DNA of 64,000 nucleotides from Terriglobia bacterium (GTDB taxonomy: Bacteria > Acidobacteriota > Terriglobia > Terriglobales > Acidobacteriaceae), in assembly GCA_963788945.1 (NCBI GenBank), contig CAWBJB010000005.1, positions 993,012 through 1,057,011 on the forward strand, read 5' to 3'. The notes beneath the pieces were generated by a model. It ran no database searches. It was not told where the DNA came from and worked only from the letters and a program-made list of their open reading frames with translations. Of this stretch, positions 38,875 through 51,053 are shown one piece after another. Both the position numbers and the translations under genes were made by a program. How positions within the stretch are numbered: the stretch's first letter is position 1; the number at the start of each line of letters is the position of its first letter.

Positions 38875-40709
38875 ATGCCGACAATCCGGGTCATTGGTTG
38901 TCTAACGCTGCTTGCCCTCCTGGTATTGGCTGGCTGCAGAGCAGGAAGCCTCGAACCCGCGGAAAACTTCTTCACCGCAACCAGCGGCGAGCTTCCCGCC
39001 ACCGGCGATAGTTCCGGTGTCGGCGCCGCCAGCAATAGCTTCGAGTACCGTCCCCCGCCCTTCGGGACCGATCGAGTTTACCGACGTGACCGCCCAGGCC
39101 GGCATCCGCTTCAAACACAACAATGGTGCGTTTGGAAAAAAATATCTGCCGGAGACCATGGGCAGCGGCGCCTGCTTTCTCGACTACGACAACGACGGTT
39201 GGCAAGACATCCTGCTGATCAACTCCATGGACTGGCCCGGTCATCAGACCGGGAAGTCTTATCCCGGCGCTCTATCACAACAATCAGAACGGGACATTCA
39301 CGGATGTAACCAAACAGGCTGGGCTAGCGATTGAAGTGTACGGCCAGGGCTGCGCTGTCGGTGACTATGACAACGACGGCAACGAGGACATTTACATCAC
39401 CACCGTCGGATCAAACCATCTTTTCCGCAACCTCGGTAACGGCAAGTTTGCCGACGTCACCGCGAAAGCCGGGCGTGGCCGATCCGGGATTCTCCTCGAG
39501 CGCGCTGTGGTTCGACTATGACAATGACGGCAAGCTCGATCTGTTCGTCGCCCACTACATCGAATGGTCGATCGAGACCGACCAGTACTGCACACTCGAC
39601 AACAAGAACAAGTCCTACTGCACGCCGCAAAGGTATAAGGGCCAGAGCGCGACGCTGTTTCACAACAAGGGTAACGGGACCTTTGAGAATGTGACGCGGC
39701 GCGCCGGACTTTACGATCCCACCAGCAAGTCGCTCGGTGTCGCAATGCTCGACTACGACAACGACGGCTGGATGGATCTTTTCGTCACGAACGATACCGA
39801 GCCCAACAAGCTCTATCACAATAATCACGACGGAACTTTCACCGACGTCGCCATCGCCGCCGGCGTTGCGTACGGCGATGCCGGCACGGTGCGCGCGGGC
39901 ATGGGAACGGACGCCGCCGACTACGACAATTCCGGCTGGCAGAGCCTGGTGATCGGAAATTTCACCAATGAGGGCATGGCGCTTTACCACAGCGATGGAT
40001 CGGGCCTGTTTACGGACGAAGCTCCCGCGACCGGCATTGCCCGGATTTCGACCAAGTCGCTGACCTTCGGCACATTTTTCTTTGACTACGATCTGGACGG
40101 CCTGCCCGATCTTCTCGCGGTCAACGGCCACGTTTCCGACGACGTCGCGTGGTGCAGCCCACCCTGAAGTATGCTCAGCCGCCGCATCTGTTCCGCAACC
40201 TGGGCAAGAAGAAGTTCGAGGAGGTCACCGCCAGAGTGGGATCCGCATTGCCTCGGCCGATCGTTGGCCGCGGAGCGGCCTACGCCGACTTCGACAATGA
40301 CGGTGACCTCGATCTGCTCATCACCGCCAACAACGGGCCGGCCCGATTGCTGCGTAACGACAATGGTAATCAGAACGACATGCTGCGAGTGAAGACCGTA
40401 GGAACACGCTCGAATCGGGACGGCATCGGTGCGAAGGTAACGGTAAAAACCAGCAAGGGCATGCGACTGTTCGGCATGGTGAAGACCGGTTCGAGCTACT
40501 TGTCCCAGAGCGAGTTGCCGCTGACTTTCGGATTAGGCAAGCCGGAGGCGGGCAAGACGGTAAGCCTGACCATCGTGTGGACCAGCGGGCAAAAGGACTC
40601 CGTGGCGAACGTCGAGCCCAACCAATTCATTACGGTGCAGGAAGGAAAGGGCATTGTCTCGGCACGCCCGATCGTTTTTAAGGCAGCAACTTCGGCTCTT
40701 GCTCACTGA
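38875..40709 (+). CDS. CRTAC1-family lipoprotein (FG-GAP + ASPIC/UnbV), about 4-5 frameshifts
   Basis: Lipobox LVLAGC, five DYDNDG-type loops, and a C-terminal NRDGIGAKVTV...GSSYLSQSELPLTFGLG. Confidence 0.85.
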
Positions 40710-40771
40710 AGTGCCCCTGTCGTCCTTTCCGTTTTCGCATCCCGGTTCGATGTTATCTTTGTGGCATATTC

Positions 40772-42950
<2,179 letters not shown>

Positions 42951-43038
42951 CTCTTCCGTTGGTTTCTGAATCTGCCGCGATCCACCTAACCGTTGCGCCG
43001 CAGAACTTTCGCGGCAACCTGCCGCAGTTTGTATGTAG

Positions 43039-43414
43039 ACGACCCGACCTACCTCGCCGCCCGCGCACTTTCAGAACCATCGCGTCCCGGCAGGCGAAGC
43101 CTGCTATACCGGTCACACTAACTATGCGATGTTCGGCAGCATCCGTGCCAGGTTGAACGGATTGCGCCACGTCTTCATTCAGTATTTCGGCAAGGCCGAC
43201 AACCCTATTCTTCTTTACGAGCCCTACAACAACCGGGAATGCCTCCACTGCCACCTGGGGGCCCGGTCGTTCGAAGAGGGAGCGGTTCACACTGCCGTCC
43301 GGACCTGCTTCCGGCAGTGAAGGCGAATAAAGTTTCCCGCCTCTCCAGCGGATGTCACGACGTGGCCCAACGTCGGCCAGCTGAACAAAGTAAAGTACTG
43401 GAAAGGAGACCAGT
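43039..43414 (+). pseudogene. degenerate small c-type cytochrome (NapC/NirT-like?)
   Basis: One intact CLHCH motif, plus CYTGH and SSGCH where CxxCH would be expected. The reading needs at least 2 frame changes and no N-terminus could be identified. Confidence 0.3.
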
Positions 43415-43480
43415 GAAAGCGGCGATCGTTGGAATCGAGAAACGTTTGCGCTTTTCGCCGGCAACAAGGCGTTCTCCGCA

Positions 43481-44666
43481 ATGAAGCGATCGCTATCTTT
43501 TGAAGTCTGGATCCGGCGCGCCCTGGGTGTCGCCGTAATTATCGGTGTGATTGCCATCGCGCTCGGCTGGGACACCAACCTGCTCACCAAGTTTTCTTTC
43601 GTGAACACTTCCAAAGCCGAAGCGCATTTGATCAACGCCCTGGGTGCGGAGAAGCCCGCCGCTCGTCCCGTAAGCGCCGCCGGCTCTCAGCCCGTTCTGG
43701 CTGACGAAGGGCCATTGCCCGAGTTGAGCGGTGCGGTTGCCTGGCTCAACTCCGCGCCGCTGACTCGCGAATCCCTGCGCGGCAAAGTTGTGCTGATCGA
43801 TTTCTGGACGTATTCCTGCATCAACTGCCTGCGCGCCTTGCCTTACATCGAAGCATGGGCAACGAAATACAAAGACGCGGGCCTGGTCGTCATCGGCGTG
43901 CACACGCCGGAATTCGCCTTCGAGAAAGAGCGCACCAACGTGGAGAAGGCGGTTCGCGACTTGAAGGTGAACTATCCAGTCGCCATTGACAGCAACTACA
44001 AAATTTGGCAGGCTTTCAACAATGAGTACTGGCCGGCCCACTACTTCATCGACGGCAAAGGACGCATTCGATATCACCACTTCGGCGAGGGCGAATACGA
44101 CGAATCCGAGCGAGTAATTCAGCAGCTGCTCAAGGAGAACGGCGCGACTTCGCTTTCGCGGAGCACGATCAGTGTGTCTGCCCCCGGCGTCGAAGCCGCT
44201 CCCGACGGTGAGAATGTCCGATCGCCCGAAACCTATATCGGTTATGAACGCGCCGAGAATTTTGCTTCCGCCGAGCCGATAGCTGCAGGATTCACGCAAG
44301 GTCTACACTCCGCTTCCCAGACTTTCGCTGAATCAGTGGACCCTGGGCGGAAGCTGGAAGGTGAGTCCGGAAAGCGCTGTCCTTCAGGCAGCTCCGGGAA
44401 AGGTTGTGTTTCGCTTTCATGCCCGCGACCTGCACCTGGTGTTGGGTCGTCGAAGGATGGCAAAGCCGTGCGCTTCCGGGTCACACTCGATGGAACTCCT
44501 CCGGGAGCCGATCACGGCAGCGACACTGATGCGACCGGCGCTGGCAAGTGTCGACGAACACCGTCTGTATCAACTCATCCGGCAAAAGGGAGCCGTCGAG
44601 GACCGGACATTCGAAATCGAATTTCTCGATCCAGATGTACAGGCATTTGCGTTCACGTTTGGCTAA
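43481..44666 (+). CDS. membrane-anchored thioredoxin-fold protein resembling the C-terminal two-thirds of DipZ (2-3 frameshifts)
   Basis: Single TM helix, then LRGKVVLIDFWTYSCINCLRALPY...EYWPAHYFID. The C-terminal domain ends ...RTFEIEFLDPDVQAFAFTFG. Confidence 0.8.
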
Positions 44667-44880
44667 TACCGATGAGGACGCGACGGATAAGCGCGTGCCT
44701 GCATTCCGCAGTGTTAACGTGGACATCGTGACGCGCATATTCGAACGTTCGATGACAGACCGTGTCGTGTGTTCCTATCCAGCCCTTCTTGAGCCAACGA
44801 TAAGAGGAGAATTCGTCGGTCATCAAACGCAGCAAGTACCATCGAAGGTATTTGCCTACTCTGATCAGAGCCGATTGCGG
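44653..44880 (-). pseudogene. fragment of an IS1595-family transposase
   Basis: LMTDEFSSYRWL...HDTVCHRTFEYARHDVHVNTAEC matches the TDExxxY...H..V.H...EY....HTNT.E block. It is truncated at both ends. Confidence 0.65.
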
Positions 44881-44955
44881 GGAAACAAAGCGGAAAATAT
44901 CAGTAGGGACGCGCCTCTGGCATGACGTATCATTTCTGGCAGAAAGCGGGGCAAC

Positions 44956-45708
44956 ATGAAGGGATTGCTTTTATTGCTGCCCGCCGTACTTGCCTGCAGC
45001 GTGATGTCGTGGTCGCGGGCCCCCTGCGATTCCGTGAACTCCCACGACCTGGCTGCGGCTTCGCCAGCCCAGGACTCTACCACCACTACCGATTCGCTGG
45101 CGGCGGGAGCGGTTCTTTCGGCTGAACTGTCGAAGCAGGTAGACGCCAAGAAATACAAGGTGAACGATAAGGTAGAGGCTAGGGTCGTGACAGACCTCTT
45201 AGTGCACGGCCAAGTCGTGGTTCACCGAAACACGAAAATCATTGGCCACGTAACTGAAGTCAAGGCATCCAGCAAAGCGTCTCCGGGTTCAACGGTGGGA
45301 ATCGCTCTTGATCGCATGCTACTGAAAGGCGGGCGTGAAGTCCCGCTGGTAATGATGATACAGGCAATCGCGCGACCCTTGCACGTACTTGGTTATGGGA
45401 GCGGGCCTGATAGTCTCGCTGATAAGCCCACGACGCCGCTCGGGCTACCCCCGGTTGGTGCACAGGCCCCGGCCGCCGGATCATCTTCGCTCACCCCCAA
45501 CTATCCGGATAACATTCCCGCGCCGCCTTCCATCAATGCTGGTGGGCCGAGCAGTTCGATAGTATACCCGCTCGGATCTACGAGCCGGGGGGTAGTTGGG
45601 ATGAAAGGGCTATCTCTGAGCACGTCAGGTCCGATTTCCTTGTTGAGTTCAAGCACCGGAAACCTGCATCTGGACGCCGGCACGCAATTGACTCTGCGCG
45701 TGCAATAG
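44956..45708 (+). CDS. exported/lipoprotein-like hypothetical protein
   Basis: Intact 250-aa ORF with signal peptide MKGLLLLLPAVLAC. I recognise no family. Confidence 0.55.
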   Translation: MKGLLLLLPAVLACSVMSWSRAPCDSVNSHDLAAASPAQDSTTTTDSLAAGAVLSAELSKQVDAKKYKVNDKVEARVVTDLLVHGQVVVHRNTKIIGHVTEVKASSKASPGSTVGIALDRMLLKGGREVPLVMMIQAIARPLHVLGYGSGPDSLADKPTTPLGLPPVGAQAPAAGSSSLTPNYPDNIPAPPSINAGGPSSSIVYPLGSTSRGVVGMKGLSLSTSGPISLLSSSTGNLHLDAGTQLTLRVQ

Positions 45709-45909
45709 GGATCACTTCCCGAAGCCATCCTGAGGGGGCGCCCTTTTAATAATGCGATTTCGCCGCTGACGAGACTTCTTTCTGCTGAGTGGGTTGCTTC
45801 CCAGGCCGTGATTTTCCCCGGTTCGATGGCCTGCCATCTGCAGTTGAGCATTAAATTTGTTCTCCGTTTGCGCTACAGTCAACCAGACGCTTAACGAAGG
45901 AGTGTACGT

Positions 45910-47730
45910 ATGAATCGGGCTCGCATGGTGATTGTGCTAATCATGCTCATTGTGCTGGCCGGCACTCTGGCTGGTGCGTTTCTGACTCGCGGGGTGATGG
46001 CATATCTTCCGTTTTTGCAGGCCAGGAAGGGGGACTGGACGGGAGCCTATGTACCGCACGGAGTTGTGGATCAACGGCCATGGCAGACAGCGGCAACTCT
46101 GGCGGCCTTGGCACAGTCGGCCGAGGAGAGGGAGCTCGCCCGGGAGGCCGAGCGCGTTGCGGATCACGAGGTCGACCAGGCGTTCTCGCAGTCACTGAGG
46201 CAGGCGAGCCTTGAAAAACCAAATCTAAGCGGTAAAGCATTGGCATTGCAGCAAAGAGTCGCCGAGCTTCAGGAGACCATCAAGAACGACCAGGCTCGGA
46301 TCGCATCACTCAGTGCCTCCACGGGCACGAGACCAGCGGGTACAGTGTCCAACGGCAGTGATTTGGAGATTGCGAAGGCGCAACTTGGCCTCGACCAAAA
46401 CGAGCTGACCGATTCGATCGACGACCTCGCCCGCGAAAGCGGCGATCAGCGAGTCAAGCTTCAGCAGGAACTAGCGGCACGGCAAGCCGCCGTGAAGCAG
46501 TACAGGGACAGTGCCTCCAAGGACGATGGGCAAACTGCGGTCGCCTCAGCCGAACAGTACCGGACGCTGGCACAGCAGCTATCAACATGGCGATCCCTCC
46601 GCGACAGGAAACAACTGATTGCCCAGGCTGAGCAGTTGGCCAAGGCCGACGTTGCTGCACTGACAGGCGATCAGGCAGCGCTGAAGTCAGAAGCCGCTCG
46701 CCTTGGCCATAAGGCCGGTGCAGAATCAAGTTCCGAACGAATCGACCGGCTGCAACAGTTGAGCGCTCAGCAAAATATTCAGAGCATCCTCAACGATCGT
46801 CTGGGAGCGCAACAGCAGCTTGTGGCACTCTACGGGCGATGGGGAGAGCAAGTTGAGATACAGCGAAGGATCGTAGTTCACCTGACATTGCGGTCTCTGG
46901 CTTTGATTTCAGCGATCTGCATGTTGGCCATCCTGGCGAGCTGGGCTCTCCAGCTGGCATTAGAGAAGATGGTTCGCGATCCTCGCCAAAAGCAGACGTT
47001 GAAAACAGTTCTAAATCTGGGTACGCAACTGGTCGGCCTCTTACTAATCCTGCTCGCCATTTTCGGTGTCCCACAGCAGATGCCAACGATCCTCGGTTTG
47101 GCGACCGCAGGACTGACCGTGGTCTTCCAGGATTTCATCCTGGCATTCTGCGGTTGGTTTGTTTTGATGGGACCAAATGGAGTCAGGGTTAGGGATTGGG
47201 TAGAGATCGATGGTGTCGGCGGCGAGGTGGTAAAGCTCGGTCTGTTCCGCACCTGGTTACTGGAGACGGGAAACTGGACTGCCAATGGACATCCTACGGG
47301 AAGACGAGTCTCGTTTTTAAACGGCTACGCCATAAAGGGCAAGTATTTCAACTTCTCCACCGTGGGACAGTGGATGTGGGATGAGATTAAGGTTAGTGTT
47401 CCTCCTGGCACGGGTATTCCTCCTCTTATCAAGGGGATCTACGAAGCGACGGTGAAGACAACCGAAGCGGATGCGAAAATGGCGGAAGCGGAGTGGAAGA
47501 GGGTGACGCACGAAGAAGGATCGCCACAGTTTAGCGCCATGCCGTCCGTCAATCTCAGGCCGGCGGGAGCTGGTGTCGTCGACATCGTGATTCGCTACAT
47601 CACTCGTGCCGGGGTGAGAGTTGAGTCCCGGAATCATTTGTTCGCGATGATCGTTGAGCTGATGCAGGGTGTATCGAAAGAGGATAGGAATCGTGCCCCA
47701 CTTTCCCCGCATCCGAGCCTGAAAGGCTGA
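45910..47730 (+). CDS. mechanosensitive (MscS-family) channel with a long coiled-coil N-terminal region
   Basis: Intact 606-aa ORF with FQDFILAFCGWFVLMGPNGVRVRDWVEIDGVGGEVVKLGLFRT. Confidence 0.85.
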   Translation: MNRARMVIVLIMLIVLAGTLAGAFLTRGVMAYLPFLQARKGDWTGAYVPHGVVDQRPWQTAATLAALAQSAEERELAREAERVADHEVDQAFSQSLRQASLEKPNLSGKALALQQRVAELQETIKNDQARIASLSASTGTRPAGTVSNGSDLEIAKAQLGLDQNELTDSIDDLARESGDQRVKLQQELAARQAAVKQYRDSASKDDGQTAVASAEQYRTLAQQLSTWRSLRDRKQLIAQAEQLAKADVAALTGDQAALKSEAARLGHKAGAESSSERIDRLQQLSAQQNIQSILNDRLGAQQQLVALYGRWGEQVEIQRRIVVHLTLRSLALISAICMLAILASWALQLALEKMVRDPRQKQTLKTVLNLGTQLVGLLLILLAIFGVPQQMPTILGLATAGLTVVFQDFILAFCGWFVLMGPNGVRVRDWVEIDGVGGEVVKLGLFRTWLLETGNWTANGHPTGRRVSFLNGYAIKGKYFNFSTVGQWMWDEIKVSVPPGTGIPPLIKGIYEATVKTTEADAKMAEAEWKRVTHEEGSPQFSAMPSVNLRPAGAGVVDIVIRYITRAGVRVESRNHLFAMIVELMQGVSKEDRNRAPLSPHPSLKG

Positions 47731-47872
47731 CGACCAGCGTTTGACGATCCGAAAATTGGCCAATGTTCCCCGTCGAAAGTCGGGTACCTTCCGCACATGG
47801 GGTGGATTATCACAGACTGTGTGTATCGGTCTACCCTTCCAAGGCTCGGCATGCATTAAGATCGAGGGCATT

Positions 47873-48532
47873 ATGGTCAAGCGTGTAGTCCTGCTTGTTG
47901 TATTGTTCCTGCAGGTCGAAGGTCTAACCGCCCACGCCCAGGTTGGGGATGCGCAGCAGACTGAAAACCGCAAGACCAGTACGCCATACACAGGTGACCT
48001 TTCCATCTTTGACTCGCCTGGGCGGGACGAACGGCTGCAGATCAATCGCGTCATGGATATTCTCGCGATTGTTCCCGGGAAGACCGTCGCTGACATTGGA
48101 GCAGGATCCGGGTGGTTCACAGTCCGGGCGGCGAAGCGGGTGGGCGATACCGGAGCCGTATATGCCGTCGACATCAACCCCGAGGCCATCCGCTACATAG
48201 AAGCTCGAATCCGGAAAGAGAACCTGCACAATGTCAAACCGGTCCTGGGCAAGCCTGACGATCCTCTCTTGCCCGCGAAAGTTGACGCCGTGCTACTGCT
48301 AAAGACCTATCACGAGGTCGCCCAGCCAATCACGTTGTTGCGAAATCTGAGGTCCTCTCTAGCAGCAGGAGCCCGGATCGGAGTGATCGACCGCAACGGG
48401 AATGGCGAGAATCATGGCGTTTCGAGAGAGGTTGTAATTCGCGAGGCAAACGAAGGAGGCTATCGACTACTGCAACAATATGACTTCGTCAAAGACGGAA
48501 TGGACTATTTTCTGGTGTTCAGTGCAAAATAG
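47873..48532 (+). CDS. exported class I SAM-dependent methyltransferase
   Basis: ATG at 47873, a signal peptide, and the SAM motif VADIGAGSGWFT...VYAVDI. Confidence 0.8.
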   Translation: MVKRVVLLVVLFLQVEGLTAHAQVGDAQQTENRKTSTPYTGDLSIFDSPGRDERLQINRVMDILAIVPGKTVADIGAGSGWFTVRAAKRVGDTGAVYAVDINPEAIRYIEARIRKENLHNVKPVLGKPDDPLLPAKVDAVLLLKTYHEVAQPITLLRNLRSSLAAGARIGVIDRNGNGENHGVSREVVIREANEGGYRLLQQYDFVKDGMDYFLVFSAK

Positions 48533-48631
48533 GTTCAGGTCGCTCCAACAGTCTGGCCAGGCTGGTCCTGAGACCCTTCCCAACCTTCTCGATATTCACC
48601 AGCGACACGTTCCTCACTCCGCGCTCGATTC

Positions 48632-48821
48632 CGCGGTTTCACGATCTGCGGCCCTGGGCCATCACTCTGCTTGCGGAGAACCGCACTTCGGATTTAACGA
48701 TCATGGCTATAGCGTTCACGTCAGCCGCCGAATGCTGGAGCGGTACAGCCGCGTCCGCATGGAAGCAAAGCGAAGCGCGATGGAAGCCCTCGCTGTGAGC
48801 TGGAATGAACCCCAAAAATGA
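48632..48821 (+). pseudogene. 3' remnant of a tyrosine integrase gene
   Basis: The nucleotide sequence aligns with 55330-55480 of the intact integrase (ttcacgatctgcgg..., ggagcggtacagcc.cgtccgcatggaagc.aagcg). It encodes SRRMLERYSRVRMEAKRSAMEALAV. Confidence 0.8.
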
Positions 48822-48933
48822 GACAGTGAACAAGACAAACTTTGCAGAGAGCAGCTGCAAGTGGCAAAGAAACGGTATTCCGACCACTTCCGGCAGGTGG
48901 CAGTGGAACGACTAAGATCCGGGAACATCGTGG

Positions 48934-48982
48934 GATTTGGTGGACCTGGTCGGGATCGAACCGACGACCTCTTCCATGCCAT
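48934..48982. repeat. 49-bp direct repeat = displaced 3' part of tRNA-Ala (distal att site)
   Basis: gatttggtggacctggtcgggatcgaaccgacgacctcttccatgccat is identical to 55560-55608. Confidence 0.9.
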
Positions 48983-49127
48983 TTCTCATCTTCGACTGCA
49001 GCGGCGCAACACGGACCAACCGTGAGTGTTACTGAGGGGTAGTGTTCATGCGGCTTTGGCCGCTGTTCCCTGCCCCTTACCTGTACCCGAACGCCAGCGA
49101 CCGACAGCGACCGATACAGGCAGGGAT

Positions 49128-49170
49128 GCGGGGGTTACGACACAAAGCACGACACAATCGATCGCAGTTC
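49128..49170 (+). pseudogene. possible second integrase-tail remnant
   Basis: ggttacgacacaaagcacgacacaatcgatcgcagt resembles 55493-55530 (ggttatgacacaaaccatgacacaaacgccgtcgctgt). Short and low-complexity, so weak. Confidence 0.3.
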
Positions 49171-49199
49171 GGCAATGCAACGCTTCGAGGCATATCGAC

Positions 49200-49310
49200 G
49201 TTGTCCAGCCCGCCGGGGTGCGCCAAAGGCACCGACCGATTTCGGTCTCTTCGATTTGGGAAAAATTAAAAAAAAGTGCGCCAGAAGTGCAAATTACGCT
49301 CAGCGACCGG
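49200..49310 (+). repeat. island non-coding module, copy R1
   Basis: gttgtccagccc.ccggggtgcgccaaaggca.cgaccgatttc.gtctcttcgatttgg... is about 85% identical to R3 over about 110 nt. Confidence 0.75.
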
Positions 49311-49381
49311 TTGTATAAGCCCTCAGCCGGCGCCAGAGCGTTGGGTTGCACACCCGTGGCAGGCAGCCAGACTGGCCCGCC

Positions 49382-50006
49382 TTAGTCCCAGCCCCAAACG
49401 TCGGTGACGTCCTTGACTCGCCCATCGCGCCCGAAGGTTACGGTAAAGGAGAAGTGCTGTGGGGTGTCATTGATGAAGGTGTATCGCCAGCGCCACTCGT
49501 ACCCGTCCGACATCTTTTGCTTCATCAGCGCTGCCGCTTCGGTATCGGTGAGTTGCTCCGACCGATAATCGGGTCCAGTGGAGCAGGCGAACGTGCCATC
49601 CCCATGCTCTGCGAGGCTGGCGTAGTGGACGCCTTCCTCGTCGGACACATTGTCTGGCAGCACCGCGTGCGTCCGTATCGAGAGCACCATGCACCAGCGG
49701 CAGAACCTGGTCCACTGTCATACCGATATGCACCTTGTCGCGCTCTGCCTTGGCTTGTCTCGCGTAGTAGCCGAGGCACAGGATCATCACGATCGCCATG
49801 CCCACAATAAAAACAAACGTCCCGGCTGTCAGTGTCAGTGTTTTCCGCACGGTCCGCCTCCAGAGTGGCGGTGGCGTGGCTCCCGCGAGCGCTTGCGCCT
49901 GTGTGCTGGTGCGCTTCGACTGCCGCCGAAACCAGCGGACAAGTACCCCCACGATCAAGAGGAGGAAGACTAGCCCGTACACATCAGTCAATAGGTGTTG
50001 TTGCAT
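49382..50006 (-). CDS. two-TM membrane protein with a C-terminal soluble domain (one frameshift near 49690)
   Basis: ORFs 49467..50006 and 49382..49690 join at ...VDQVLPLVHGA / LSIRTHAVLPDN. I recognise no family. Confidence 0.5.
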
Positions 50007-50313
50007 CGAAATACACTCGCGGCCTGGATTGCCACCCGGCTAGGGTTTTTTTCGCGAACCGAGGCGTTACAAGAGTCACCCTAGGCGGGAATACGGGATA
50101 GCTGTAAATCCGCCGTAACACCAAAAACCGGTTTGTTGATGGTGTAATTGTTTTCGTCAACTATCCACCTCATAGCGATTCGCCCGCTGCATCGTGGGGA
50201 TTGTTTCCCGTTTGGCCATCATCCAGCCGCCCCCCAAATGTTTACAAAACTGTGCGCGTTTGCCTGCGTCTAACACCACAGTTTGATGGGGGCTGACACG
50301 CGGACTTCGGGGC

Positions 50314-50332
50314 AATGTCACCGAGTGACATT
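50314..50332. promoter_or_regulatory. 19-nt palindrome, candidate operator
   Basis: AATGTCACcgaGTGACATT lies about 90 nt upstream of 50421, in a 410-nt divergent intergenic region. Confidence 0.35.
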
Positions 50333-50420
50333 CCACCGGAGTACATCACCAACATTGTGAAGAGATAACGGAAGCCAGCAGGACGCCAATCCCGCTGACT
50401 TCCTGACCAAGGAGAACCCT

Positions 50421-50840
50421 GTGAAAAGTCCCTTAGCTATTCTGATTCTATTTTTGTGCTTTGCGTTCACGCAAGTGCAAGGAGCAGTGAAAGTCGTAAC
50501 GGTGGGAGTGAAGACGCCCGCCGAGTGTCCAGCACTCACGCCGCTGGTCACTGACCTGAAGGCTGTGCCGTTTCCTGATGGCTGGACGATATACGTCGTG
50601 TGCACCATGGGTGCATGGGACGATACCGGTCAGCAATTGGACACGCGTGGTCGGACGAACGCTGCGATCACCAGTCAAGCCAATCATTTCACGGTCATTA
50701 ACGGTGCTGTGTATTCACCGTTCTTCGACTGGACAGGGACGCGTCAGCGCAACGGGCAGGAGGTGCTTAGACACGAACGCGGGCACATCCTGTGCAAGTG
50801 TAACGATGAGGACAAGGCCGACAAAGCAACCCGTTTGTAA
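50421..50840 (+). CDS. small secreted protein with an HExxH motif
   Basis: 139 aa with signal peptide MKSPLAILILFLCFAFTQVQG. HERGH is followed by CKC near the C-terminus. Confidence 0.5.
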   Translation: MKSPLAILILFLCFAFTQVQGAVKVVTVGVKTPAECPALTPLVTDLKAVPFPDGWTIYVVCTMGAWDDTGQQLDTRGRTNAAITSQANHFTVINGAVYSPFFDWTGTRQRNGQEVLRHERGHILCKCNDEDKADKATRL

Positions 50841-50848
50841 ACGACAAG

Positions 50849-50890
50849 AGGCCCAGACTTTCTCGGAAGAGACTGTCTGGGCCTTTCTGT
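50849..50890 (+). terminator. hairpin terminator candidate
   Basis: aggcccagac (50849-50858) pairs perfectly with gtctgggcct (50875-50884), then ttctgt. Confidence 0.5.
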
Positions 50891-50917
50891 CCTATTGAAG
50901 GTTGGCGACCGACCGAG

Positions 50918-50980
50918 GTTGTCCCACCCCCAGGCGTCCCAAAGGCAGCGACCGATTTCGCCTCCTCGATTTGGAAAAAG
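50918..50980 (+). repeat. island non-coding module, copy R2 (5' part only)
   Basis: gttgtcccacccccaggcgtcccaaaggcagcgaccgatttcgcctcctcgatttggaaaaag aligns with the first about 65 nt of R1/R3. Confidence 0.65.
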
Positions 50981-51053
50981 TCGGTCAAACCGAATCGTGC
51001 AAAGTTAGATACAATTCTCGACTCCAGGGAACGTCAGGTGTAGGAGGATTGAC

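Noticed and set aside
49217-49243. GGTGCGCCAAA inside the module resembles the XerC arm of dif (GGTGCGCATAA)
   Set aside because: There is no matching XerD arm (TTATGTTAAAT-like) 6 nt downstream and no dyad symmetry, so the resemblance is probably coincidental.
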